From Felis catus (taxonomy: Eukaryota), in assembly GCF_018350175.1 (NCBI RefSeq), contig NC_058382.1, positions 3,038,001-3,102,000 of the forward strand: 64,000 nt of DNA, in the 5' to 3' direction. The translations under genes and the position numbers were made by a program. The notes under the pieces were generated by a model that was not told the DNA's origin, ran no database searches, and worked only from the letters and a program-made list of their open reading frames with translations. Each line of letters opens with the position of its first letter. Position 1 is the first letter of the stretch. Shown one piece after another: positions 1 through 15,376 of the stretch.

Positions 1-96
1 TTTATATTATGTATATATTGTACCATAATAAAAAAAGAGAATATGGGCCCTGGAACAAATTGCTTTCATTGGAGTCCTGACTTCCCCATATATATA

Positions 97-308
97 TTTT
101 TTTATTTTTATAATGTTTATTTGAGACAGAGAGAGACAGAGCATGAACGGGGGAGGGTCAGAGAGAGAGGGAGACACAGAATCTGAAGCAGGCTCCAGGC
201 TCCGAGCCGTCAGCACAGAGCCCGACGCGGGGCTCGAACTCACGGACGGCGAGATCATGACCTGAGCCGAAGTCGGACGCTCAACCGACTGAGCCACCCA
301 GACGCCCC
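97..308 (-). mobile_element. CAN-SINE
   Basis: Reverse complement of GGGGCGYCTGGGTGGCTCAGTCGGTT head, CT tract, A tail. Confidence 0.9.
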
Positions 309-1090
309 TCCCATATTTTTTTAATCACGGGGTTTCATGAGTGACACAGAGACCAAACAGCACCCAGGGCCCGCGTGGCTGGGAGCGTCACCTGGCGTAG
401 ACACGTAGAGTACTTGGAACAGCACTCGCACACACAAGCCTGCGAGTGCTGAGTGAATGCTCGTAGTTGTTGTCATTCAGCAAGAGGGGAAAGAGGCCTC
501 CCGTAGGAGAACCAATTTTCCCCTCTCTGCGGCCTTTCCCACCCTCGAGGAGACAGCTGCGCCAACCCTGCCTTCTTATTTTCTGTATTTCTCCTGCTGT
601 GACGTCGGGCCTTGCTGACCCGGACAGACTGTCCCTCGGAGGGTTGGCTGATTCCTAGAGACGCCGCCGGAGCGTGCCTTGTCTGTGCAGGCCAGCCCCT
701 CCGGGGCCCACCCCCCCCACCCCACCTCCACGCGGCTCTCATGCTCTGGGCCACCGGCCACCTGCCCTCAGCCCCCCAGGGCCGGGTGCCCCACAACCAG
801 GGGCAGCCCCTCCGCCCCACAGCTCCCTGAAGTGATTCCAGCGAGCCGATCCTGACCCTGCCCACCTGGCCTTGCCGGATCCTTCCCACAGAAACCACAG
901 TCACGGCTCCTGCTGGCCTTTGCCCCTCGCTCCCTCTGCCTGCTGACCGCCCCTGGGGCTTCCCTGGGTGGCCCCTGCCCTGGGGTGGGAGAGAAACCCA
1001 CTATCTTTCCAATGACGGTCCTGTCTTGATCGGCTGGCTGCACCGCCCCTGAACACTACTAACACCAGTGTTTAAAAAATGACAACTACT

Positions 1091-1512
1091 GGGGCACCTG
1101 GGTGGCTCGTTTGGTTAAGTGTCTGGCTCTTGATTTTGGCTCAGGCCGTGATCTCATGCTTAGTGGGATTGAGCCCTGCGTGGGGCTCTGTGCTGACAGC
1201 TCGGAGCCTGGAGCCTGCTTGGGGTTCTTTCTCTCCTCTCTCTGCCCCTCCCCCACTAGCTCTCTCTCTCAAAAGAAGTAAACATTTAAAAAATCAAAAC
1301 GAGGGGCGCCTGGGTGACTCAGTCAGTTAAGCCTCCGACTCTCAGCTCAGGTCACGATCCCACGGTTTGGGGGTTCGAGCCCCGCATCAGCCTCTGCGTC
1401 AACAGCTGGGAGCCTGCTTGGGACACTTGTGCTCTCTCTCTCTCTCTCTCTCTCTGCCTCTCCCCTGCTCATGCTCACTCTCTCTCAAAATAAATACACA
1501 TTTTTAAAAAAT
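1091..1512 (+). mobile_element. Two tandem CAN-SINEs
   Basis: Heads at ~1091 and ~1303, each with CT tract and AATAAA-like tail. Confidence 0.85.
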
Positions 1513-1760
1513 GAAAATGACAACTATCGTTGAGTGGGTCCCTTCAGCGTTTGTGAGGAGACAACCTCCAAACACTCAGGATGGTGACAGCAGAGTATTC
1601 AAGCAAGCAGAGACCCTTCTGGTGTGGGGCTCTGTTTTCTCCTCCACCCCTGATGAGAGGGTCTCTGAGCAGGGAGAGAGGGTGCGGGGGGGGGGGGGGC
1701 ACCAAGGGGGAGGAGGCAGAAGGGAAGACCCCGCTTCCTTGGGGAGCATTCCAGACTCAC

Positions 1761-1940
1761 CGGCTTCGGGTCCAGGCTCCCGCGGGGCAGTGGGGGAGGC
1801 AGGCGGAGGGGAGGCGCCTGCGGTCCGCGAGGCCTGGCTCGCCGTGGGGGGCGGGGGCCCGGACGCCACGTCGCGGGACGCAGAGTGGTTGCCGTCCGCC
1901 GCCGCTGGGGCCGTGGGAGGGACATATCCAAGAGGCATCC
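1761..1940 (-). CDS. SSC5D: SSC5D exon 8, Pro/Ser/Thr linker (GMPLGYVPPTAP...EPGPEA); gene continues beyond the window
   Basis: 180 nt, CCCCAG| acceptor and |GTGAGT donor. Confidence 0.9.
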
Positions 1941-2174
1941 CTGGGGCGAAGGGACGGTGATCACCACGTGCCGCCCTCCAGCCCAGGACCGCCATTGCAC
2001 GATGAGGTTGCACGGATGGGGACAAGATGGGGCGAGGCGGCAGTCAGGACGGAAGGAGAGAGGGGCCCGTGGGGTGTTCGCTATGAGACCACGCGAACCC
2101 CCCCCCAGCTTTCCGCACTTCTACTGGTGGCTCTACCATACCCCCGGCCAGCCGGTCCCTGCTGTCCTCCTCAC

Positions 2175-2492
2175 CGTCACACACGGCCCCGGCGTCCTCC
2201 CGGTGGTGACAGTCGTGCTGGCCCCAGGGCCGTGCTGGGCACAATCGCAAGGCTGTCTCGTTACCCCGACACCGAAGGTCATCCAGGAGGATGGGGCCAG
2301 CCCCCTCCCCAAAGAAGGCGCCTCCGGGGGCGGCCAGCGCGCCGCCACAGCCCAGCTCGCGGCAGGCCACGGAGGCGTCCCGCAGGTCCCAGGCGTCGTC
2401 ACACACGGTCCCCCAGCGCCCACCGTGCCACACCTCCAGGCGGCCGGCACAGCCGTGGGGGCCGTCGGCCAGACGCAGCCGGGGGGCTGGGC
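2175..2492 (-). CDS. SSC5D: SSC5D exon 7, SRCR domain 3
   Basis: 318 nt, [14 protein letters not shown]...[10 protein letters not shown]; canonical splice sites. Confidence 0.95.
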
Positions 2493-3499
2493 CTGGATGT
2501 GGGGAGACGGGGAGAACAGAGAGACAGGAGACTGTGACGGGTGAGCAGGTGTAAGCCCCACGTGCAGGAAACCAGCACAGACACGCGGGTGCCGAGCCAT
2601 CCGTCGTCCGGGCCGCGGTGACGCTGTGCAGCAGGCACTCCAACTTCAGTTTGCTGGTGAGGAAAAGGCTCCAGGATGGAAAGTCTCTCGCCAAGAGTCC
2701 GGCTGTGACCTGCCCGCAATGCCCCTGCCTCCCCGGGGGCAGGCCCTGGTGACATTGGCCCTGATCCCCTCCATCCACCGCCCTGGCCTGGCCCCCCGCT
2801 CCCCGGCCGCCTGCCTCAGTCCTGTAAAGCAGGGCTTCTCAAGCTCAGCACCGAGGACATCGGGGGACAGGTCATTCCTTGCCGTGGGCCGCGTCCTGCC
2901 ACTGTAGGATGTCCAGCGGCCTCCCGGGGCTCCAGTCCCCAGATGAGAGTAGCATCTACAGCGTGACTGCCGGACTTCGCCCAATGTCCTCTGGGGAGTG
3001 GGGGATGGGAAAACCACCCCCCCAGCCACCGCTGAGAACCACCTGCTACATAGGAACCTCTTCTGGTTTCAGGGTACATTTCTGTTAGGTCTTCCTGGGG
3101 TGAGGCCTGGGTCCACTGGGGAGCATGGATTCCATCTTTCCACCCCCCGCCCCCCAGGACGGGCTGAGGGGCAAATCACCCCCAGTCAGTGTTCTAGAGA
3201 CACGAACCAACCAGAGGGGTCAGACACGCCTGTACTTGCATCTGCTCCTAGGAAACGAGGGGCTCCCCTGTGGGGCCCCTCAGGAATGAAAGGTGTGGTG
3301 GGGCACCAAGCTTCCCCAGGCGCCTCATGGGGTTCCCTTCTCCCCAGCAACTTAGCCCTCCCTGGAGTCTTAACTTATCTCCCTTCCTCCCCCTCCCTGC
3401 CCTCTCCCTCCCTCCTCCCTTCCCACCCCCCACCCCCCCACCCCCATCTCCCTCCTCCTTTCCCTGCCCTCCCTCCTCCCTGCCCTCCCCCTGGGACAT

Positions 3500-4885
3500 G
3501 GAGGGGGAGGGAATGGAGAGGAGTAGGAGGGAAGAGAGAGAGGGAGGAGGGAGGGGAGGGAAGGGAGAGGGGGAGGAAGGAGAGGAAGGAGGGAGGGGGA
3601 GGGTAGAGAGTGGGGAGGAGGGAGAAGGGAGGGGAAGGAGGAAAGAGAGAGGGGAAGGAGGAAGGANNNNNNNNNNNNNNNNNNNNNNNNNNNNNNNNNN
3701 NNNNNNNNNNNNNNNNNNNNNNNNNNNNNNNNNNNNNNNNNNNNNNNNNNNNNNNNNNNNNNNNNNNNNNNNNNNNNNNNNNNNNNNNNNNNNNAAGGGC
3801 AGGGAGGAGGGAGGAGGGAGGGGGAGGGCAGGGAGGAGGGAGGGCAGGGAAGGGAGGAGGGAGGGGGAGGGCAGGGAGGATGGAGGGGAGGGCAGGGAAG
3901 GGAGGAGGGAGGGCAGGGAGGAGGGAGGGCACAGAAGGGAGGAGGGAGGAGGAGGGCAGGGAGGAGGGAGGGGGAGGGCAGGGAGGAGGGAGGGGGAGGG
4001 AAGGGAGGAGGGGGGAAGGGCAGGGAGGAGGGAGGGAAGGGCAGGGAGGAGGGAGGGGGAGGGAAGGGAGGAGGGGGGGAAGGGCAGGGAGGAGGGAGGG
4101 AAGGGCAGGGAGGAGGGAAGGGAAGGGCAGGGAAGGGAGGAGGGAGGGGGAGGGCAGGGAAGGGAGGAAGGAGGGGGAGGGCAGGGAGGAGGGAAGGCAG
4201 GGAAGGGATGAGGGAGGGCAGGGAAGGGAGGAGGGGGGGAAGGGCAGGGAGGAGGGAAGGGAAGGGAAGGGAGGAGGGAGGAGGAGGGAAGGGAAGAGGG
4301 AGGGGGAAGGAAGGGAGGAGGGAGGGGGAGGGCAGGGAAGGGAAGAGGGAGGGGGAGGGCAGGGAGGAGGGAGGGGAGGGCAGGGCAGGGAGGAGGGAGG
4401 GCAGGGAAGGGAGGAGGGGGGCAGGGCAGGGAGGAGGGGGGGAAGGGCAGGGAGGAGGGAGGGGAAGGGAAGGGAGGAGGGAGGGGGAGGGAAGGGAGGA
4501 GGGAGGGGGAGGGAAGGGAGGAGGGAGGGGGAGGGAAGGGAGGAGGGAGGGGGAGGGAAGGGAGGAGGGAGGGGGAGGGAAGGGAGGAGGGAGGGGGAGG
4601 GAAGGGGGAGGGAAGGGAGGAGGGAGGGGGAGGGAAGGGAGGAGGGAGGGGGAGGGAAGGGAGGAGGGAGGGGGAAGGCAGGGCAGGGAGGGGGGAGGGG
4701 AAGGAAGGGAGGAAGGAGTGAAGGGCAAGGAGGAGGGAGGGAAGGGCAAAGAGGAGGGAGGGCAGGGCAGGGAGGAGGAGGGGGAGGGCAGGGAGGAGGG
4801 AGGGGAAAGGAAGAGAGGAGGGAGGGGGAAGGAAGGGGGAAGGAAGGGAGGAGGGAGAGGAGGGAAGGGGCAGGGGGAAGGAGAG
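3500..4885 (+). repeat. ~1.4-kb polypurine (GGA/GGGA/GGGCA) minisatellite in SSC5D intron 6
   Basis: Almost pure G/A with recurring AGGGCAGGGAGGAGGG; N-gap at 3667-3794. Confidence 0.95.
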
Positions 4886-4905
4886 AGTCGAGGAGAGCTC
4901 TATCA

Positions 4906-5592
<687 letters not shown>

Positions 5593-5657
5593 TTACAGGT
5601 GAAGAGGAGGGCACCCACGGGTCGCTGGGCTGGTCCAGATGTGTGGAGGGGCCTTAC

Positions 5658-5771
5658 CGTGTCGGGGGGCTCCGGCCGTCAGCTGAGGGGCCCTGGTGGA
5701 TTTGGCCTGCTTGGGTGGCCGGGGACCCTTCTTCCTGGAGCTGTTCTGTGGGGTCCCAGCCGGGCGGGGTG
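5658..5771 (-). CDS. SSC5D: SSC5D exon 5, linker (APRPAGTPQNSSRKKGPRP...)
   Basis: 114 nt, CCCAG| acceptor and |GTAAGG donor, phase 1-1. Confidence 0.9.
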
Positions 5772-6006
5772 CTGGGAGAGACAGCGGGGAGACCTCAGCC
5801 GGGAGCCGCTCACCTTCCCGCCGGGGGGGACCAGGCCACGCTGCCCGACAGCCCCAGGAGGTGCAGGAGGATGTGCAGGGGGCTGTGCCGGGCGCCCTGC
5901 GGGGGACGCGGCCGCTGCCTCCATCTGTCCCTTGGGGGGCGCTAGTGGAAGACCCCTCTCCCTCACAGTGGGAAGCGGGTAGACAGCGTGGCCAGGGTGG
6001 GCTCAC

Positions 6007-6126
6007 CGTGTGTCCCTGGAGGCTCCTCCGAGCCAGGGCTCAGCTCCCCAGACAGCCCCGGCCAGGGGTCCCCCTCCAGGATCGAAGGTGGATCGTCCCC
6101 GTCCCTGGAGTTGGCCACACGCTGAC
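6007..6126 (-). CDS. SSC5D: SSC5D exon 4, linker (GQRVANSRD...EEPPGTH)
   Basis: 120 nt, CTCAG| acceptor and |GTGAGC donor, phase 1-1. Confidence 0.9.
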
Positions 6127-6312
6127 CTGAGGACAGCACAGAAGCTGTGGCCAGGGCGCCCCCCCACACTCGCCCCAGACAGGCAGACCCGGGTGGGGGG
6201 GCAGGTGGCAGTGAGCTGGGAGTCCTGGAGGGGGCGTCTGGGGCTGGGGGTGCCCGGACTTCTGGGTCGCGTCTGTGGGAGCGCCCCCAAAGGAGGATCA
6301 AGGGCCCCTCAC

Positions 6313-6621
6313 CTGCGCAGACTACGCCCGCGTCCTCCTCATGGGAGCAAATGTGGGCCTTCCAGCCGCGATGGGGGCAGAGCCCCAGCTGGCCCTCACT
6401 GCCCCGGCAGGCCAGCTCGCTCAGCCACACGGGCCCCGCGCCCTCCCCAAAGAAGGCGCCTCCGGGGGCGGCCAGCGCGCCCCCGCAGCCCAGCTCGCGG
6501 CAGGCCACGGCGGCGTCCCGCAGGTCCCAGCCATCGTCGCACACGGTCCCCCAGCGCCCGCCATGCCACACCTCCAGGCGGCCGGCACAGCCGTGGGGGC
6601 CGTCGGCCAGACGCAGCCTCT
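6313..6621 (-). CDS. SSC5D: SSC5D exon 3, SRCR domain 1
   Basis: 309 nt, [33 protein letters not shown]...[10 protein letters not shown]; canonical splice sites. Confidence 0.95.
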
Positions 6622-6917
6622 CTGGGGGGACAGAGGAAAGGCTGTGACAGTTGGGGGGGCGGGGCCCAGGAAAGGCGGGGTGGGGGGCTGTCTGTCCTGC
6701 AGGGTGTGGTGTGAGGCCGGCAGCCCAGCTCCTGGGTTCCCAGGAGAACAGTGGCCCCCACAGGAAGTGGGAGGCTGGTCAGCGGTGGTTCTGGGGGGAA
6801 GAAGTGCCCGAGGTCATGAGCCCACGCAGGGCAGCCAGGTTTGCAGTGGAGGGTGAGGCTGGGCAGGGGTGGGTTGCAACTGTGCAAAGTCAGGCAGCCG
6901 TGCTCAGGGCCACTTAC

Positions 6918-6944
6918 CAACAGCCTGGATCCCCATCAGAGCTG
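6918..6944 (-). CDS. SSC5D: SSC5D exon 2, 27-nt microexon (AALMGIQAV)
   Basis: TTCCAG| acceptor, |GTAAGT donor, phase 1-1; completes the signal peptide. Confidence 0.88.
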
Positions 6945-7041
6945 CTGGAAGGGGGGTGGAGGGGTAGGGTAGAGTGAGGGCAGGCCCGAAGGGGTGCTTT
7001 CTCCAGTGCAGACCCCTCGTCTTAAATACCCCAACGCACGT

Positions 7042-7085
<44 letters not shown>

Positions 7086-7488
7086 TGTGCACACCTCTGA
7101 ACCAAAAACCCCACTACTGTGAGGCAGGACTCTGGGTAGAGGGCTGGGCAAGACTCAGGTCCCTGAGACAGGCGGGGCCCCACATGCCTCAGGTCAGGGC
7201 TGGGAGCCAGGCTTTGTGCTCCCCCCAGGGGCCTGGCTAAGGTCAAATGGTGGGTGACCCCCACCCCCCCAGGGTCAGGGCCGGTGGGGGAGGAGGGTAG
7301 GTCCCTGGGGTCCTAAGAGGGTAGGGCTGGCTGTGCAGAAGGCTGGGTCCCTCGGGGGATCAGGCAAGGAGGACCAGATGTCCCTTATCCCAAGCACCAG
7401 AGACAGGGTCCCGGAAGTCTGAGTCGTTCAAGTGGATGAGCTCAGGGGTCAGAGGTCCCTGAGTCCCCAAGGAGAAGGGGTCACTCAC

Positions 7489-7513
7489 CGATAAGGCAGG
7501 CCAAGACCCTCAT
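7489..7513 (-). CDS. SSC5D: SSC5D coding exon 1 (MRVLACLI, signal peptide start)
   Basis: ATG at 7513, 25 nt, donor G|GTGAGT; matches the recalled SSC5D N-terminus MRVLACL. Confidence 0.9.
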
Positions 7514-8517
7514 GTTTGCAGACTCCAAGGCAGGGACGGGGTGAAAGGGGACGCAAGCTGGAGAGGGGAGGAGGCTGCGGCCACCGGAGGGAGGGAAGGA
7601 GAGAGGGAGGGCGGGAGCGAGGGGAGCGCCTGCCAGAGGCGCCCTGGACCGGGGAGGAGCAGGCAGGGGCTGGACGCTTTGCCAGAAGGGAGAGAGGCTG
7701 CCTGCCGAGGCTGCAGCGGCAGCAGGGGACAGGAGTGGGGGGAGGGAGGGGGCTGGCCGGCAGCTGAGGCCTGGCGAGGAGGAGGGTGGCGGCGGGAGCG
7801 AGGGTGTCCTACTGCAAACTCCCACTGGGAGCCAGAGACTCCAGGCCAGGCGCCCCGCTGTGCTTAGAGATGCTCAGGAAAGGGACCTGATGGGGGGGAG
7901 GGGGCACGCACCAGCACCCACCCATCTGCTCCTCTCTTGTCCGGCAGGGAACACGGGGAGACCAGGAGGGAGCGGACTGGGAGTGGATTCAAACTAGCAG
8001 CTGGGCTTGGGGACCCGGTACATCTGGGGCTCATGGTTCAGCAGCAAGAAGGCTTGCAGCCAGACACCAGGAAGGACTTCCTGATTGGAAAAGGAGACAG
8101 AAACCCCTGTCTGTCCCCCCTGATGGGGTTCAATGCAAACTCTTTGATCCCCTGTCTGTGGGAGCTGTGGTTGAACTCCAGGGAGCTGGGGGTGGGGGCG
8201 GGCCGAAGGACTAGGGGTCCAGTCTTGGCTGAGGGAGGGGGCCAACACACACACACACACACACACACTTGCTCCCCCCGCCCCCCACTCTCTCTGCACC
8301 AGGCAGCTGTGAGGCGGAAAAAATTCGGTAATGGGGAGCGTGAGTCAGAGGCTGGCAGGGAGTGGGGCTGCCGTGAGCTCATCGCCGCCCCTTCTCCCCA
8401 TCCAGCACCCACAGCAACAATTAATGTCAACTCAGGGAAAAGCAGAAGCCAGACAGAAGGAGGGGGGTGGTGTGCAGAGACGGACTGGAAAAGGCATCAG
8501 AGAGAGCGAGACCAGGC

Positions 8518-8523
8518 TTTATT
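8518..8523 (-). terminator. NAT14: Probable NAT14 polyadenylation signal AATAAA
   Basis: TTTATT on + strand ~540 nt past the stop codon. Confidence 0.7.
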
Positions 8524-9061
8524 AACAATCGGGTGTAAAAATCCAGATGGGTCTGGCCGCTCCTCTCGGCTCACCTTCCCGGGAGGGGCCCGCCTCGGGC
8601 AGCCCTGCGCCCACCCTGCGCCCACCCCGACCCTGCCCAGGCCTCTCTAAGCCGATGACCCTCCCCTGCAGAGGCTCTGTTCATCCCCTGCAGCCATCGC
8701 ACTCCACCCCGTTCCCAGGAGGGCTGTGTCCCCCATTTGGGGTACCCCGCCCCAAGTCTTAACCCACAGAGGCGGGCACGCTCGTCCGGCCCCCTCTCCT
8801 CCTCCCCGCACATCTCTCCCAGGCCCGTACCACAAAGGGGGCCGCCTTTGCGGACAGACCGAGATTTCTCGGTGCGCAAAAACCCCCGCACAGGTTGACC
8901 TCTCTGAGAAGTTCACGCACTACACACAGACATCAGCCTGCAGCAGGGCGACTTGCCCTCTGCAGGCCTGTTTGTGGGCCCCCAGAGGGCTGGGGGTTCA
9001 CACAGGGAGGACCTGCACACGGTGAGTGCTCGAGAAGTGATCTCCCTCCCGGCTGCTCCGG

Positions 9062-9610
9062 TCACAGGTCCTTGCTGAACTCTCTTACAAGCGTGTAACC
9101 CATGCAGCCCCAGCTGCCCTCAGCCTGGTAGCCGCACCCCTCCAGCATCCCTGCCACGCCCCAAGCTGCCACAGCCACTGGGACCACGAGCCGGGCCCGG
9201 GGCTCCCCCATGCCTCCCGCCCAGGCTCGAGCCCGGGACTCGGCAAAGGCCAGCAGCCGCCTGCCCACACCTCGGCGGCGGTGCCAGCGAGAGACGGAGA
9301 GGCGGGTGACCCGGGCCCCGTCCCCAGCACTGGAGCCTGGGGCCAGGGCCAGCACCCCACACACGTCACCCGAGCTGCGCACTGCCACCCACGGGCCCCC
9401 CAGGCCGCCTGGTGGGGGCAGTGAGCCCCATCGGGCCCGCAGGCCCAGCTTCATGGCCGCCACGGCCAGGAACACGGGCAGGAGAAGGGCCAGGGCGAAG
9501 GAGGCCAGGACGAAGCGCAGGCCACTGCTGGCTGCGGCCAGGAGGAGCAGGGCTGGTGGCCGTGTCAGGGCGTGCAAGGCCACGCGGTTCTCTGTGTCCT
9601 TCACGCCAGC
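9062..9610 (-). CDS. NAT14: NAT14 last coding exon, GNAT-family N-acetyltransferase 14 (206 aa total)
   Basis: AGVKDTENRVAL...RWHRRRGVGRRLL (acetyl-CoA motif A)...REFSKDL*; 24+182 aa. Confidence 0.95.
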   Translation of the reverse strand, partial: AGVKDTENRVALHALTRPPALLLLAAASSGLRFVLASFALALLLPVFLAVAAMKLGLRARWGSLPPPGGLGGPWVAVRSSGDVCGVLALAPGSSAGDGARVTRLSVSRWHRRRGVGRRLLAFAESRARAWAGGMGEPRARLVVPVAVAAWGVAGMLEGCGYQAEGSWGCMGYTLVREFSKDL

Positions 9611-10252
9611 CTGTGGGCAGAAGGAGCAGTCAGAGGAGGGAGGCCCGGTGGCAACAGACACCAGGGAAAAAGAGAGGGAGTGGACAGTGCTGGGCACTGG
9701 GGGCAGGGGCCCCCAGATGGGCAAGGGCCCTGCAGCCAAGGAACAGGCAGGGGACAGGACACAATCTGCTCCCGGCCCCCGGAGCGAGTGAGTGCATCAG
9801 GAGCTGTGGGGGACGCCCAGTTCAGGGGGGCTGCAGGTGTGAGGCTCAGGGAAGGCTGAGGCCTTGAACAGGACAGAGGACAGCCCAGTTCCGAGCAGGC
9901 GCGGGCGGCAGGTCTGGGAGAGGGAAGAGATGGGGTCCCAGGCGGGGCCCCCAGGGCTCTGCTCTGCAGAGTGTGGGCAGGAGGACGGGCTCCGCGGGCT
10001 GGTGCAGGGCAGACTCAAAGTCTGAGACCAGGAGGCAATTGTGCCAGGGTCGCCCCACGGCCCTCCAGCTGTGAAAACCTTTCTGACCCTAAGGGTAGCA
10101 AGAAGGCACTAGAAAAAGGGACCGAGCCAAAAGCCGCTTAGGAGGAAGAAATCCCTTCCCAGGAGTCCGGGCTGGCTCAGGCAGGTGGCTGAAGACGCCC
10201 CAATGCCGCCGCCGAGCCCCCCCCCCGCCCCCCACCTCGCGCCAGTTCTCAC

Positions 10253-10324
10253 CTTCAGCATCTCCAGCACCAGGGGTTTCTCATCTTCCCTCATCTCCCG
10301 CACGGACAGGTGGCTGGGGGCCAT
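10253..10324 (-). CDS. NAT14: NAT14 first coding exon (MAPSHLSVREMREDEKPLVLEMLK)
   Basis: ATG 10324, 72 nt, AAG|GTGAGA donor; exon acceptor at 10370/10369. Confidence 0.95.
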
Positions 10325-10779
10325 GGCAGCCCCCAGGCTCCCGCGTCCCCGAAGGGAGCAGGCGTGCACCTGGTGAAAACAAGCAGGTCACTGAAGGGCA
10401 CCTCTGGTCCCCACCGCGCCCCAGAGAAGGGGACCCGCAGCAGCGTGTCCCAGATCAGGACACTGGGAACGCTCGGGGCCCCCAAGCGAGCGCAGCTCGG
10501 GATTCACCCTCCACACAGCGACCTTTGTCAAGTCTCCCGGCCCCTCGCCCCCGCCCGCCGCGGTGCTCAATCGGTTCCCCCTAAACGCCCCGCGGACGTC
10601 AGCACCCTGCAAGCCGGGGCTCGCTCCCAGACTCAGGGACTGCCCTGGGGAGTCAGCGGAACACCGCCCCCCGCCCCAGCCAAGGCATGGACCCCGTTCC
10701 CTGCCCCACAGTCGTCCCCGACCCGCGCCGCAGGAGCAGGCCTGCAAGAACCTCTGCAGGTGGCTGCAATCTTCCCACT

Positions 10780-11170
10780 AGGTGTGGGGGCGGCAGGGTC
10801 GGGAAGGGGTCGCCTGCGGAAGTGACGTCAAGCTCGCGCACAGTGGGGGCGGGGCCTGCACTCGGCCTTAGCAACGGTTGCCAAGCGTCCTGGCAGGATT
10901 CTGCGCGGGGGGGTGTGGGGGGGGGCCGGGAGGGACCAGAGCTGGATGCGGCGACCCCGCCGGGGGTGGGGTAGGGGGCGGAGACAGGGGCAGCCGCAGG
11001 CGGGTCCCGGCGGGCAAGGTACTTACCCAGCCCGCAGAGGAGGAGCGCACGGTCTCTTCTCGACCTTCCCTGGTTGCTAAACAAGCGGAGAGCCGAGCGT
11101 GGGGGACAGGGGGCGGGGGAGGGGGGGGCAGTGATGGGAGCGGATTAGTTCTCGTTGGCTCCGGGGCCTT
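10780..11170 (-). promoter_or_regulatory. NAT14: NAT14 CpG-island promoter region
   Basis: CpG-rich; overlapping ETS-CRE GCGGAAGTGACGTCA at 10816-10830, GC box, GTTGC/GCAAC RFX-like half sites, strong donor CTGG|GTAAGT at 11027/11026. Confidence 0.65.
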
Positions 11171-11389
11171 CGAGGGAGGGGCCGCATCCTGGGCCCACCA
11201 GCTCCCAGAGAACCCGCCCCAGGAACCTCCACCCCAGCCCACCTGGGCTCTCTGGGAGGACCTTCGGGATAAGGACTCCCACCCACCCATTTTTCAGATG
11301 AGGGGAGCGGTGGGGTGACTTACAGCGAACAAACAGAACCAGGATTCTAGACTCTAATGCTTCCCCACTATGGTGACCACTGCATCTTT

Positions 11390-11594
11390 TTACTTTCTTT
11401 TAATGTTTACTTGAGAGACAGACAGAGACAGAGCGGAGGAGGGGCAGCGAGAGAGGGAGACACAGAATCTGAAGCAGGCTCCAGGCTCTGAGCTGTGAGC
11501 ACAGAGCCCGATGCGGGATCGAACTCACCAACCGTGAGATCATGACCTGAGCCGAAGTCGGACGCCCAACCGACTGAGCCATCCAGGCGCCCCC
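11390..11594 (-). mobile_element. CAN-SINE between the ZNF628 poly(A) site and the NAT14 promoter
   Basis: Typical head and tail on the minus strand. Confidence 0.88.
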
Positions 11595-11783
11595 CACTGT
11601 ATCTTTTTAAAAGGAAGAACAGAACCTCACATAGAAGTGGCTGGCCCCAAATCGCAGTCACCTGAGAGCCAGGAAGCAAAAGCTACAAGACTCTGAGCTC
11701 CCAAGCGGTGGCTATGACCACGACATTCCCCCTCATCCCACCCATCGCCAAGAAAACAAAACACAGGGGAGGAGATTCTGGTC

Positions 11784-11789
11784 TTTATT
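11784..11789 (-). terminator. ZNF628: Probable ZNF628 polyadenylation signal AATAAA
   Basis: TTTATT ~95 nt past the stop codon. Confidence 0.75.
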
Positions 11790-11884
11790 AGCAAGCCCAG
11801 CCTGCAGCTCCCCTCCCCCCAGCCCAGCCCAAGCAGTGAGTCCGGGTCTCTGTGTGGGGCAAGAAGAGATACCAGTGGTTCTAC

Positions 11885-15085
<3,201 letters not shown>

Positions 15086-15267
15086 TCAACCTGGACGCAC
15101 ACGTTCGCCCTGGAAGCGGCAGAGGGTGCGTCCCCGGCCCACGCGCGCGGCAGGACGCCTCCCTTAGGATTAGGGCCCCCCCCCCCCCCCCCCCGTGGCC
15201 CAGAGCTGCGCCAAAGCAAGACCTTAGGTGCTAACGCAGAAACTGGCAAACTGGGAGGAGTGCTCAC

Positions 15268-15376
15268 CGGCCACAGCATGCTGGTCATCCCCCGCCAGGA
15301 GGCTGGACAAGTGTGAGAAGGCTGGGCGTGGTCTTTAGGAGGCCAAGCATTTCCTTTAGGGCCAAGCTCCTCTCCT
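15268..15376 (-). other. ZNF628: ZNF628 5'UTR exon 2 (acceptor uncertain)
   Basis: Donor CCG|GTGAGC at 15268; candidate acceptors GTCTTTAG| (15376) or TGTCCAG| (15302). Confidence 0.55.

Noticed and set aside
1091-1400. tRNA-like A/B boxes
   Set aside because: Heads of tRNA-derived CAN-SINEs, not tRNA genes
2844-2864. REST/RE1-like CTCAGCACCGAGGACAT
   Set aside because: Lies in a MER20-like end and mismatches the conserved GGACAG half
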